Below, in pieces: positions 1 through 10,022 of a stretch of DNA of 64,000 nt. Source of the DNA: an uncultured Spirochaetota bacterium (GTDB lineage: Bacteria; Spirochaetota; Brevinematia; Brevinematales; JAOACQ01). The stretch's first letter is position 1. Each line of letters starts with the position of its first letter. The stretch covers positions 64,001 to 128,000 of the forward strand of contig CAWIGG010000004.1 in assembly GCA_963835575.1 (NCBI GenBank). Direction: 5' to 3'. The position numbers and the translations under genes are program-made. The notes beneath the pieces were generated by a model. It was not told where the DNA came from. It searched no databases and saw only the letters and a program-made list of their open reading frames with translations.

Positions 1-11
1 AGGGGTTAAAA

Positions 12-749
12 GTGGAAACAAAAAATAAACGCGGTATAGCGCTGAATCTTTTCATATTAGTTCTTATCCTGGCCATAATTGTATTCGTTTCAATAAAATA
101 TGCCCCTGAAATCACAAGGCTATTGAGCACACCGGAAAAATTCAGGGAATTTATTTTGTCTTTCGGCCCTTTGAGCGTTTTAATATTCATGTTATTCCAG
201 GTGCTTCAGGTCGTTATTGCCGTAATTCCGGGCGAGATTGTGCAGATAATGGGCGGGTATATCTTCGGAACCTTTTTTGGTACAGTCTATTCAATCATAG
301 GAATAGCCGCAGGTTCTATTATTGCCTTTTTTATAGCCAGGCTGCTCGGATTTAACCTGGTAAGAAAGCTGGTCCCGGAAAAGGATTTAAAGAAATTTGA
401 TTTTTTAATTAACAATCCGTTATCCGAAATTATAATATTTTTCCTGTTTCTCATACCGGGCATTCCAAAGGATACCCTCGTATACATTGCGGGTCTGACG
501 CCGATTTCGCCGCTCAAGTTTCTTGTTGTAAGCGCTCTGGCCCGCCTGCCGGCCCAGATCGGATCGTCTTACATCGGCGCGCATATTCAGGAAAAAGATT
601 ATATTCCCGTAATTGTGGTCTCGGTTACCGCCTGCCTTCTGTTTGTCATAGGATTTCTCTATAAGGACCGTTTCATCAAACTGATCCACGAGAAATATTC
701 CCGAAGGGACGTTAAACCGGATGGGAAAAGTGATCAAAACTTGTCCTAA
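12..749 (+). CDS. TVP38/TMEM64 (DedA/VTT domain) membrane protein
   Basis: Multi-TM; VIPGE..GYIFG..GT and FLIPGIPKD..YIAGLT motifs typical of VTT family. Confidence 0.85.
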   Translation: METKNKRGIALNLFILVLILAIIVFVSIKYAPEITRLLSTPEKFREFILSFGPLSVLIFMLFQVLQVVIAVIPGEIVQIMGGYIFGTFFGTVYSIIGIAAGSIIAFFIARLLGFNLVRKLVPEKDLKKFDFLINNPLSEIIIFFLFLIPGIPKDTLVYIAGLTPISPLKFLVVSALARLPAQIGSSYIGAHIQEKDYIPVIVVSVTACLLFVIGFLYKDRFIKLIHEKYSRRDVKPDGKSDQNLS

Positions 750-779
750 ATTTCCTTCAATTTCAGATATTTTTAAAAT

Positions 780-2534
780 CTACCCTTTTGATAGCATTTT
801 TTTCAAATCGAACTTATTCTGCGTCAATTCCAATAATAATTGGAAACCAAAGCCAATGTAAATAGCCACAATCATATGCAGCTGTGAAAAATACTGTTTT
901 TGCGTTGCAACTGTAAAAGGGTCCACCTGGAAATTAATGAACTTGATCAGCATCAGGTAAGAAATAACGAAAGCGGCAATCGTGTAAATTGTCCAGATCT
1001 TATCCCGTATAAAGAAAAAGATAAGTCCGGCCAAGGCAAAAACAATACCCGGCCAATCAAATTGATTGACCGTTACATTAAACATGGTAAGAATCTGGCC
1101 GCCAAGATTGATATATTCATTACCCCCGCCGCCGCCGTACTGTTTACGGAACATATGGTTAAAAAGGATATCCAGCGTCTGAGTATCGCCCCAGCTTAAG
1201 GGCTTCGGGTCGGGCAGAGGAGCGAGGGCCACGGCCCTGACCATAAGATATAGGTATAGCGTCATCGCGAAAATAAACATCCATCCGCTGTATGTCAGTA
1301 TTTCGATCATTTTATCCGCCAGCCCGTAATCCACTTCCGATTTTTTTATAACAGAATCGAAAATCCCGAAGAAGAATACAACAACAATGGCTAATGCGGC
1401 GAGGATGATAATTATAGGGTCGATTTGCGTTTGCTGCATCATTCCCTGTTGAAGCCCTGTATTATCTGCCGTAGTGAAACCGAATAAATATTGATTGGTT
1501 TGAGGAACAGTTTGATTGTTATTTACAAAAATGGAAAATGCTATAAAAGCCGCTATACCAATTACTACGGATATTCCATAAACGACTCCGGCTGTGCTGA
1601 TCCCAAAAGATTTTTTAACTTTTACAAGAACCGTATAAAGGGTAATATAAGCGGGCACAAGAAAGATGCCGATCAGAATAAGAGGCAGATGGAGCGGATA
1701 AATAAGCCTGATAGCAAACAAATATACATAGAGCAAAATAATGCTCGTGATAAACAGAATTCCAAGAATGATAAGCCCCGGAATTCTGGCGGCGAACTCT
1801 TTTTTAAATTGTTTCGTCCCGTCCTGCACAATAATAAAAATGGTAAAAGGCAGCATAACAATGAAAAATGCGGCAATAAACCACAAAGGAAGCATATGAT
1901 CAGTAAGAGAAAGTCCCATGATGAAACCGAGCAGGATAGTCATCCTTTCCGCAAAATGGATTTTTGCCTCATTCCTGAAATACATCATTTCTTCATACCA
2001 GAGCACCATGACAAAAAGCATCGCCGCGACCAAAAGTACGTTCAAGGAATAAAATTTTCCGCTCGCTGAGGATTGCTGCCAGAAATCATAGGAAAAAGCG
2101 AAAATGAAAGCCGCCGCGACGGCCGGCAGATGAACCGAAAGCGATATTTTGCCTTTGTCCCGGTTGAAGCCCAGCAGCTTAACCAGAACAAGGTATAACA
2201 TAAAAATGGCAAAAGCGCCGCTGAAAGCCACATAAAGGTTCACACGGTGCGCAATATCACCCAGCGGAATAAAGGTAAAAACCTTGCCCAATATACCGTA
2301 AAGCGGGTATCCCGGAGGATGACAGGCGCCCATCTGGTATATTTCAGTTGTCAGTTCGCCGCTATCCCCGGCGATAACACCCGGCGCCATCGTCCTTATG
2401 TAAACAATAAGGACTATCAATGTGATGACGGAAGCGATGATAAGATCAAACCACTTGATCCTGTAAGGCATGAAGCCTTTAGGATAGATCCCCTGAAATA
2501 TTTTACTTTCTTTTATTTCGTTTGCATCATTCAT
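780..2534 (-). CDS. DUF2723/TMEM260-like GT-C glycosyltransferase, N-terminal membrane portion
   Basis: APGVIAGDSGEL...HPPGYPLY...RVN signature; many TM helices; ends after 'QYFSQLHMIVAIYIGFG' without the usual periplasmic domain. Confidence 0.85.
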   Translation of the reverse strand: MNDANEIKESKIFQGIYPKGFMPYRIKWFDLIIASVITLIVLIVYIRTMAPGVIAGDSGELTTEIYQMGACHPPGYPLYGILGKVFTFIPLGDIAHRVNLYVAFSGAFAIFMLYLVLVKLLGFNRDKGKISLSVHLPAVAAAFIFAFSYDFWQQSSASGKFYSLNVLLVAAMLFVMVLWYEEMMYFRNEAKIHFAERMTILLGFIMGLSLTDHMLPLWFIAAFFIVMLPFTIFIIVQDGTKQFKKEFAARIPGLIILGILFITSIILLYVYLFAIRLIYPLHLPLILIGIFLVPAYITLYTVLVKVKKSFGISTAGVVYGISVVIGIAAFIAFSIFVNNNQTVPQTNQYLFGFTTADNTGLQQGMMQQTQIDPIIIILAALAIVVVFFFGIFDSVIKKSEVDYGLADKMIEILTYSGWMFIFAMTLYLYLMVRAVALAPLPDPKPLSWGDTQTLDILFNHMFRKQYGGGGGNEYINLGGQILTMFNVTVNQFDWPGIVFALAGLIFFFIRDKIWTIYTIAAFVISYLMLIKFINFQVDPFTVATQKQYFSQLHMIVAIYIGFGFQLLLELTQNKFDLKKMLSKG

Positions 2535-2661
2535 AACAACAACCTTTTTACCCCGCAGAATTATTATTCAAATATTTTATTTTGAAAACTGAAATATCGC
2601 AATAAATAAACTAATTTCAAGAATATATTTTCAAGCGGGGCCTTTATGTGATTCCTCTTAA

Positions 2662-2690
2662 TTGACAAATCTTTTTCTTTATAATAGAAT
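2662..2690 (+). promoter_or_regulatory. sigma70-type promoter
   Basis: TTGACA-N17-TAGAAT upstream of ORF 2718. Confidence 0.65.
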
Positions 2691-2717
2691 GGTTTACATT
2701 GAAACAAAAGAGGTTAA

Positions 2718-3872
2718 ATGATTAAAATGAGCCGATTTATTCTACTTTTATTATTTTTTTCAATTCCGTATTTTGCTCATACCGTTATCATTGAATATAA
2801 ATGGCCGCCGACAGCTCCCGAATATCATATTATCATCGCGACAAATCTGTCTTTTTATTTCCCGGTTGTTGATGATACGGTCAGCGCTACAAACTACATT
2901 ATCGATCTTGAACCGGGACGCTATTACTTAAAAATCGCCCCGGTATTAAAAGGCATAGAGGGGCTTTTCTCAGAACCAGTGGCTTTTTCCGTTGCTCAGA
3001 GCGATTTAAACGGCAGAGGCAGACTGACAAATGTTTATCCTCCCCAATCGACGGAAGAAGAACTTGAATCGCAGACAAATCTATTAAAATGGAACTGCGT
3101 CATTAAGACAAACAGCCTGATTAATTTAAACTCAAGCCTCTATTATGCTGTCGACACTCCTAAAGAATTCAAAAAAGCAAACGGCCTGCAGGTAAAAGTC
3201 GATACAACTCAAATGGAAGAAGGATACCATACTCTCTATTATAAGCTTGTTAACCCGCTGGGGCTGGAAGGAAAGATTTCTTCGGTGAAATTCCTTGTTG
3301 AACACACCCCTCCGGAACTTCAAATCCTGCCGGACCAATATAAAGAATACGGCGATAAAACCTACCTTTACCCCGGCAGTCATATCCTGTTTGTATGCCA
3401 GGACAAATGGGGGTTTTCAAGAAGCTACTTCGGCGTGAACAGCAGACCGGTTAAAGGCAATTCATATACAGTATCACGTGAAACAAACACGCTCAAGACC
3501 ATCAGCTTTGCTTTGAATAGTATTAATAGCGAAAACCGCCTTGTTAAAACATTTTCTGTTGATATTGATCCTCCGCAGATCATCCTTTTTTTAAATAAGA
3601 AAGAGGTCACTGGGGCCATGGGTTCAATGGGCGATAGTATAATTACAATGAAAATAACCGATAATACCAGAGTGTATCAATATTATACGGTTCTGGACGG
3701 AAAAATGAGCAAAAATATTCCTCTTTCCATAAAATATCTGAAAAAAGGCCCTCATCTTCTGAAAGTCGGAGCGGAGGATATTTTTGAAAACAGTATAGAA
3801 AAGTCATTCAGGATCGAAATAACGGAAGACCAGGCGCTCACCAGGTGGCTGGTTTATCCTGTTAAGGAATAA
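2718..3872 (+). CDS. Exported protein with probable Ig-like/beta-sandwich repeats
   Basis: Signal peptide; 'EGYHTLYY..VN..G' and 'D..PP' repeats characteristic of bacterial Ig-like domains; RBS GAGG. Confidence 0.6.
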   Translation: MIKMSRFILLLLFFSIPYFAHTVIIEYKWPPTAPEYHIIIATNLSFYFPVVDDTVSATNYIIDLEPGRYYLKIAPVLKGIEGLFSEPVAFSVAQSDLNGRGRLTNVYPPQSTEEELESQTNLLKWNCVIKTNSLINLNSSLYYAVDTPKEFKKANGLQVKVDTTQMEEGYHTLYYKLVNPLGLEGKISSVKFLVEHTPPELQILPDQYKEYGDKTYLYPGSHILFVCQDKWGFSRSYFGVNSRPVKGNSYTVSRETNTLKTISFALNSINSENRLVKTFSVDIDPPQIILFLNKKEVTGAMGSMGDSIITMKITDNTRVYQYYTVLDGKMSKNIPLSIKYLKKGPHLLKVGAEDIFENSIEKSFRIEITEDQALTRWLVYPVKE

Positions 3873-3875
3873 AAT

Positions 3876-4598
3876 ATGAAGAAAAAGGAAAATATTTTCC
3901 CCTGGATCATTTTATTAACATTAGCGGCAGTTATCTGGATTCTCATCAATATTCATATTATTTTTCTTTCGTCCGGCAGGACAATAGTCAGCGTAAAACC
4001 CGGAGGAAAACAGGCATCCAGTATTTCCAGCGCCGGGGGTTTAGTCACACCGGGCGGCACCCTGCAGATCCCGGAAGGAAAAGTATTATTCGGCAGAACA
4101 GCTTATCTGCCGAATTCACTTAAAATATTCATATTTAACAGTTCCAACTGGATCAAACTGGAACCCGGTCAGCCTGTTTTTGAAAAAGATCAGATAAAGA
4201 CATCCCCGTCTTCCCAGGTTGATATTAAAATGAATGACCTGAATAAAATCCGCATCCTGGAAAATACTGAAATTGAGCTTATATCTTCATCCTCAAATAA
4301 AGAAAAAAACAGCGGCCCTCAGATAAAAATCATTTCAGGTAAAGTCAAGGCCGCATCGTCCCTTGAAGTTACAGTTGATAACGGACTGCACGTTTACGGA
4401 AATTCGGTTTTCACAGTTGAAAAGAAAGACAAAATAACAAGAATAACCGTATACAGAGGCAGCGCCGAGGTCAGTTCGGGAGGAAAATCGGTCCTTGTGA
4501 AAAGAAACCAGGGGACTTTAGCCGAATCCGGGAAAGCGCCTGAAGAGCCCTTTAATCTTCCTTCCGCACCCCGGCAGATCAAGCTCAGTACTCATTGA
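3876..4598 (+). CDS. Membrane-anchored FecR-domain protein
   Basis: N-terminal TM; 'DQIKT...S.V.I', 'TRITVYRGSAEV...GQ-like' FecR pattern. Confidence 0.7.
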   Translation: MKKKENIFPWIILLTLAAVIWILINIHIIFLSSGRTIVSVKPGGKQASSISSAGGLVTPGGTLQIPEGKVLFGRTAYLPNSLKIFIFNSSNWIKLEPGQPVFEKDQIKTSPSSQVDIKMNDLNKIRILENTEIELISSSSNKEKNSGPQIKIISGKVKAASSLEVTVDNGLHVYGNSVFTVEKKDKITRITVYRGSAEVSSGGKSVLVKRNQGTLAESGKAPEEPFNLPSAPRQIKLSTH

Positions 4599-4679
4599 GA
4601 TACGGATAAAACTAAATAATTTACTTTTTTAAGTAAGAAATTTATAATTTTTCTTAATTCATAGATAAGGACAATCAAA

Positions 4680-5948
4680 TTGGAACAAATAAAAAAAACG
4701 GCATCTCTGGAAAAAATCTGCTCTGTTTTGCTGTTGATTTCTTTTTCCTTCAGTCTTTTTGCAACACCTTTTTTATTTTTCCTCTTCTGCGCCATGATCC
4801 TTTTTATCTTCAATTTACTCAGAAATAAAAATCCGCTGTCCCTGCCTCTAAGCGCCCATGAAATACTTCTCTTTATTTTCATGTTTTTTCTTATGATATC
4901 CTCATTGTTTTCCAAAAATCCCATAGGAGCATGGCAGGGATTCGGGGTATTCAGCTTCTACATCCTCATTTATTTTTATTTTAAAATCATGCCGCTTAAA
5001 AGAAAACAATTTGAAACCATCATTTACTGTATTTGCGGCTGTGTTTTATTGAGCTGCGGTTTTGCCCTTTTCCAATACTTTATCATCAGGGGAGACATCG
5101 ATGTCAGTCTCTTCGGGCATAAATATTTTACAATATACCGCGTCATACCCTGGGTTGAACACAAACCTCTGATCTCTATTTTTGATCATCCGGCGCGGGC
5201 AGGAAATCTTATATCCATTTTATTTGCCGTTATTTTACCCTATCTTGTTTTAAATTTTAAATCGATTAAATGGCCCGTAAAAACCGTGCTGATTTCGGCT
5301 CTTTTCATGTCTTTATTGGCTATTTACCTCATGCATAACAGGGAAGCGATTTTATCAGTCATAGCCGCGTCCCTTATCTGCGCCGTTCTGCCCAGGAAAT
5401 ACATCGCGTTATCCGTTATCGTCATCATGGCCGTTTTTTTCATCGCTTTCAAGAGCGATAAGCTCATTTCCACTCTTCAAAACCCGCTGGAATCGCCGAA
5501 TGTCCGGCCCCGCGTCATGCAATACGAGGCGGGTTTGTCAATATATTCAAAACATAATCTTTTATTGGGAATAGGGCTTCTTAATTTTGAGACCGAATTT
5601 AAAAACAACTATTCCAACCGGTCCGGGTATGATGATGTGGCCTATATCCATAATAATTATCTCGCTTTGCTGGTGGAAACCGGGATCCTCGGGATAATCG
5701 CTTTTTACGGCTTTGTTTTGATGTTCATTATCTCTCTTATAAAAAACAGGGGCAAAAGCTGGAATACAGTTACTCTTTCAACGATTTCAGTCATGGCAGG
5801 CTTTTTGATCAGCTCCATTTTTGACGCCATACTCTATGTTGTCCCGGTCGGCGCATTCTTCTGGATCATAACCGGGCTTTCCCAGAACAGGACGGCTTTG
5901 ACAGAACAAGAGAATAATTCTATAATTATCAGTTCAACAAAGGATTAA
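4680..5948 (+). CDS. O-antigen ligase (Wzy_C/WaaL/PglL-like) membrane protein
   Basis: Multi-TM; 'LLGIG..NF' and 'HNNYLALLVETGILG' motif. Confidence 0.85.
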   Translation: MEQIKKTASLEKICSVLLLISFSFSLFATPFLFFLFCAMILFIFNLLRNKNPLSLPLSAHEILLFIFMFFLMISSLFSKNPIGAWQGFGVFSFYILIYFYFKIMPLKRKQFETIIYCICGCVLLSCGFALFQYFIIRGDIDVSLFGHKYFTIYRVIPWVEHKPLISIFDHPARAGNLISILFAVILPYLVLNFKSIKWPVKTVLISALFMSLLAIYLMHNREAILSVIAASLICAVLPRKYIALSVIVIMAVFFIAFKSDKLISTLQNPLESPNVRPRVMQYEAGLSIYSKHNLLLGIGLLNFETEFKNNYSNRSGYDDVAYIHNNYLALLVETGILGIIAFYGFVLMFIISLIKNRGKSWNTVTLSTISVMAGFLISSIFDAILYVVPVGAFFWIITGLSQNRTALTEQENNSIIISSTKD

Positions 5949-5958
5949 TAAAGAGGTT

Positions 5959-6873
5959 TTGATGCCCCTGAAGGTTTCAATAGTCATGCCTGTTTACAAC
6001 CGCGGCTTTATGCTGAAGCAGGTCATAGAAAGCCTGCTCGGCCAGACATACAAAAAAATCGAATTCATCCTGGTGGACGACGGCTCGACCGATAACACGG
6101 CGGATGTGATTAAAAGCTTTCCGCAGGTCAGATATGTGTACCGGCCGAACGGAGGCTGCGCCGCGGCCCGCAATACCGGCATCAAAAACGCTTCGGGCGA
6201 TATCGTTCTTTTTATCGACAGCGATGTCATCTGCCCCGCCGATCTGGCCGGAACGCATGCCGCCTGCCATGAAAAAGACCCCTGCATTATTGTCCAGGGC
6301 CAGCTGGTGCGCATTGTCCGGCTTGAAGACGCCTGTAAAGTCCCTTTTTCCATGATCCATTACTCCCGCTCTTTTTTCGACACCGCGAACGTGTCGGTCA
6401 GGCTGGAGCACCTTAAAAAAGTCGGCGGTTTCGATGAAATAACCTTCCGGAAGGGATGGGAAGACCTCGATATCGGCCTGCGGCTTCTTGATTCAGGGCT
6501 TAAGGTCAGGCGCCTGGTGAAGAAAGCCTATGTCTGGCATTACGAGGGCGATTATTCCCGCGAGGCCGTCATGGAATTTTTTAAGGACCGGTACAATGAG
6601 GGACAGCAGGCGGTCCTGTTTTACAGGAAACACCCGACCTTTGCAATCAAACAGATGGTGATGGCCACCGGCTTCTTTTTCCTTCTCAGCCGGCTGTTAT
6701 TCAGCGAATCCTATCTCAAGTCCGCTGAATTTTATAATAAGATAAAAAATCTTATCGGCAAGGGCCGGATAAACAAGGCCATAGCCCTGACCCGCTATAA
6801 CGGCTATTGCTTTTATATGAAGGGCTTGAAGGATAAAATCAGGCAGGACGGCTACCTGCTGAAAAAGAGGTGA
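5959..6873 (+). CDS. Glycosyltransferase family 2
   Basis: SIVMPVYN, VDDGSTD, ARNTG, FIDSD, GGFDE..GWED motifs. Confidence 0.92.
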   Translation: MMPLKVSIVMPVYNRGFMLKQVIESLLGQTYKKIEFILVDDGSTDNTADVIKSFPQVRYVYRPNGGCAAARNTGIKNASGDIVLFIDSDVICPADLAGTHAACHEKDPCIIVQGQLVRIVRLEDACKVPFSMIHYSRSFFDTANVSVRLEHLKKVGGFDEITFRKGWEDLDIGLRLLDSGLKVRRLVKKAYVWHYEGDYSREAVMEFFKDRYNEGQQAVLFYRKHPTFAIKQMVMATGFFFLLSRLLFSESYLKSAEFYNKIKNLIGKGRINKAIALTRYNGYCFYMKGLKDKIRQDGYLLKKR

Positions 6874-6877
6874 ACTT

Positions 6878-7288
6878 ATGAAGAATTCCTCATGGGATAC
6901 AGGCTCATACCAGGACCGCCAGGACCATATCAGGGACCTGAAAATCGGGCCGGAATTGGAAGTCATCGAGAATATCTATAAAGACAGGGATTATCTAGTT
7001 GAATTGAAAACAGACGAGCTCACCACTGTCTGTCCCAAAACAGGGCTTCCGGATTTTGCCAGGCTTGTCATTCAATATATTCCCGGTCAGTATCTTGTGG
7101 AAGAAAAGTCATTCAAACTCTATCTGACCGCCTACCGGTCTCTGGGCATCTTCCAGGAAAACGCGGTCAACAAAATACTCGATGATTTTGCCGGAAAAGT
7201 TAAACCCCGGTGGATTAAAATTATAACCGACTGGAACAACCGCGGCGGCATCGAGGTCCATGTCGAGGCGGAACGGGGAAAGAAATAA
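6878..7288 (+). CDS. queF: preQ1 synthase (NADPH-dependent 7-cyano-7-deazaguanine reductase)
   Basis: CPKTGLPDFA, VEEKSFKLYL, FQE, RGGI motifs. Confidence 0.92.
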   Translation: MKNSSWDTGSYQDRQDHIRDLKIGPELEVIENIYKDRDYLVELKTDELTTVCPKTGLPDFARLVIQYIPGQYLVEEKSFKLYLTAYRSLGIFQENAVNKILDDFAGKVKPRWIKIITDWNNRGGIEVHVEAERGKK

Positions 7289-7329
7289 AAAACGGCAATC
7301 AACAGCCCTTTCAGGCTTATCGATTGCCG
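7286..7329 (-). terminator. Intrinsic terminator between convergent queF and lipoprotein gene
   Basis: CGGCAATCGAT..GTTGATTGCCG stem followed by a T-run on the minus strand. Confidence 0.7.
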
Positions 7330-7348
7330 CGTATTAAGCTGTTTATTT

Positions 7349-7891
7349 TTATTTTTTCTTGATCTCGATCAAAGTTTTGATCACTTCATTTACTTTTAAG
7401 GCAGTTTGACCCGTTATCACTTTAAGGGTATAATTGCCTTTTGTTATTGTATTTGTAATAGACTTGCCGATATTGTTCTCCTTTCCAGCCGGCGAAATCA
7501 TTGAACTCTGAGAAACTTCCATCCCGGACCATCCGCAATACAAATCAAAATATGCATCCTCCCCGTTATCGCCCTTTACCCAGAACAGTTTGCCCGGTTT
7601 CCCCTCATTAACGGTAACAGTTATCAAATAATTATTATTTGAAGGGTTAGAAAATGCGTCTTCAAGTATATATATACCCGAATAATCCCCGGCATCAATT
7701 TCGTAATATGTATTCAAATAAGCAGGGTCGGGAAGGACATTATATAAATCGCCGGTAAAAGATAGAGTCAAAGCATCACTAGGTTTAGAAAACGAAATAT
7801 ATGCTTTTCCCGGATCTCCAGGCGCTCCCATACAGCCGGTCATTACGGCCAAAACAGCAATAAGGACAAAGGCTTTCAATAAACTTTTCAT
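7349..7891 (-). CDS. Hypothetical lipoprotein
   Basis: Signal peptide ending MTGC lipobox; AGGGGG RBS. Confidence 0.7.
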   Translation of the reverse strand: MKSLLKAFVLIAVLAVMTGCMGAPGDPGKAYISFSKPSDALTLSFTGDLYNVLPDPAYLNTYYEIDAGDYSGIYILEDAFSNPSNNNYLITVTVNEGKPGKLFWVKGDNGEDAYFDLYCGWSGMEVSQSSMISPAGKENNIGKSITNTITKGNYTLKVITGQTALKVNEVIKTLIEIKKK

Positions 7892-8082
7892 AAAATACCC
7901 CCTTGCAAAAAAATTATAATATACGATACCTCTAAATTTTAGTTTTTTAAAGCCATAACGGATATATTTTTAAAATTAAGCGGACACAGTATCACATATT
8001 ATAATACCCCATCCCGCCTTCTGTTTTGTAATTTTTCATAAATATTATTTTAATCGGGTTTCTTTACCGCGGCTTTTATTTA

Positions 8083-8119
8083 AGACCAGTCCCAAAAACG
8101 TAATTTTCGGGACTGGCCT
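8083..8119 (-). terminator. Stem-loop terminator downstream of ORF 8124-9947
   Basis: AGGCCAGTCCCGAAAA-loop-TTTTGGGACTGGTCT on the minus strand. Confidence 0.6.
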
Positions 8120-8123
8120 CTAT

Positions 8124-9947
8124 TTATTTTTCTTTATTGCCTGTTTTAATCTGGCTTAAAACCGTCTGCGCATTATTGATCAATTCGCGGTCTTTAATCA
8201 TGGCGTCTTTATTATTCCTGATCGCTTCCATAAATTTATTCAGGTATCTTTCCGCTTCCGGATAATTATGAATGCTGTAGCCGACCATACCCATTGAATA
8301 ATAAAATGAAAAGTCGGAAAGAGCGGCATTCTGTCTTTCTATCAATTTGCCGATATCATATGCCTTTAAAAGCTTCTGTGTCTGAAGGGCAATATTAAAC
8401 GCCCAGGAAAGATAAGCATAATCATTTCTTTTGAGCTGGATTGTTTTATCAAAAAAATTATCCGCCAGCGATACATAAGGCTGATACTGCAGAGGTATCC
8501 CGCGGGAATACAGCAGGGTAATAACGCTCTGCGCAAGATTGGCATCGAATTTAGACGGGTTATTATTCATTTCATTCGAAAAAGCGGATACCATTCCAAG
8601 TAATTGAGAAGTCGGGTTCTGCTTGAGCGACGTAATAAACCTGTCAAGGCCTTCAAAATTCCTCCAGAGGGGATGTTTTGTATAATCCGGCCTTCCAGAG
8701 CGGTAATGCATCAATTCCGACTTAAGCTGCAAGAGCCATTTATCAGCTTCTTTCATATTTTCAGCCTCATTTTCGGGATTCTTGAAAGAATCAAGTATTA
8801 CAAAACTGAGAGCGAGGGAATACGTGCCCCATGAATTTCTATAAATGGCAAGCGCGTTATTAAGAAGTTCCCTTGCCCTGCCGTCCAGATTCTCAATGCC
8901 GTTTTTCATGAACACAACAGCGATATTATGGAGCATAGAAATTGAATCGCTCCCATAAATCAGGGCGTCGTTATAGCAGGCCATTGCTTTCTGCCAGTTA
9001 TCCTTGATCCTTTTATCTATTTCGGCAAGGATATTTTTACGCTGTTCACGGCTCCGGATGTCCTGCAGTTCTCCTATTTTTTCCCTGTATATTTCACCCA
9101 TCTGATAATCATAATTCATGATAATTTCACGTGAAAGATTATCCCAGAACATGGCGTTCGGCGCATCATGCCAGCGCAGCAGTAAATTGCTGAAATAATC
9201 CCCTTCATGCGGCGAGGGATACATCTTAATAAATGCGACCCTGTCGCCGGTCAGCCTGATAAATCCTTCTTTTTCCATAAGCCTGATTTTATTTATTGTA
9301 TAAGAAATATCAATGGGCCGGTGAAGCCATGAGGCGAACTGTTCCCTGGCTTCCTCGATTGAAATACTCTGCTTCAATTCCAGGTAATCGACAAGGGAAA
9401 ATTCAATGTTCTGCACTTTATACATAATGCCGTAACGCTTGTAATAATAATCGCCCAGGGTCCAGGGCTCCGGCCTCTGCCAAGTCAGGTATACGGGCCT
9501 TTTGCCTTCCCAGTAAGGTATAAAATACGGGTCTTTCGCATCGCGGGGATTTTCATAAAAGGGTTCTTCGCTCATAAACAAATGCGTATCGACAAGATTC
9601 ATCCTTCTCGGCAGAGTCTGCGCGTCATTTATATAGCGCATATCGCCGTATATCTTCTTGAAAATATTCCCTTTCTGATCATAAGGGGTAAGGTCAGGAC
9701 GGAGTTTTTCCGCATATGTAAAATAAAGCGTGCCGAAAACCTGGTTGTCCCCGCCCTCTGTCATGAAAACCGAATCCTCTTCAGTCGATACCATAAGGTT
9801 CTTGCCGTAATCATGATTCAGCCAGTTGAGATGATTGTCATTGTATTTATAATTCCTTATAAATGGAATTAATGACAATAAAACAATCACTATCACTCCC
9901 GCCCATACAAGCGGAGTCAATTTTTCTTCATTATGATCCAATGCCAT
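8124..9947 (-). CDS. DUF2723/TMEM260-like glycosyltransferase, C-terminal periplasmic portion with TPR-like helices
   Basis: One TM then 'NY..ND....HDYG.N...S..EDS..TEGGDN..F...Y...EK.RPD', the pattern of the DUF2723-family periplasmic domain; C-terminal TPR-like repeats; own GAGGTG RBS. Confidence 0.7.
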   Translation of the reverse strand: MALDHNEEKLTPLVWAGVIVIVLLSLIPFIRNYKYNDNHLNWLNHDYGKNLMVSTEEDSVFMTEGGDNQVFGTLYFTYAEKLRPDLTPYDQKGNIFKKIYGDMRYINDAQTLPRRMNLVDTHLFMSEEPFYENPRDAKDPYFIPYWEGKRPVYLTWQRPEPWTLGDYYYKRYGIMYKVQNIEFSLVDYLELKQSISIEEAREQFASWLHRPIDISYTINKIRLMEKEGFIRLTGDRVAFIKMYPSPHEGDYFSNLLLRWHDAPNAMFWDNLSREIIMNYDYQMGEIYREKIGELQDIRSREQRKNILAEIDKRIKDNWQKAMACYNDALIYGSDSISMLHNIAVVFMKNGIENLDGRARELLNNALAIYRNSWGTYSLALSFVILDSFKNPENEAENMKEADKWLLQLKSELMHYRSGRPDYTKHPLWRNFEGLDRFITSLKQNPTSQLLGMVSAFSNEMNNNPSKFDANLAQSVITLLYSRGIPLQYQPYVSLADNFFDKTIQLKRNDYAYLSWAFNIALQTQKLLKAYDIGKLIERQNAALSDFSFYYSMGMVGYSIHNYPEAERYLNKFMEAIRNNKDAMIKDRELINNAQTVLSQIKTGNKEK

Positions 9948-10022
9948 AAATCACCTCTTTTCAATTTAAAATCTTCATTTCCGGAATTATATTTCTTTAT
10001 GCGGAAAAAACTCCCGCTGTTT

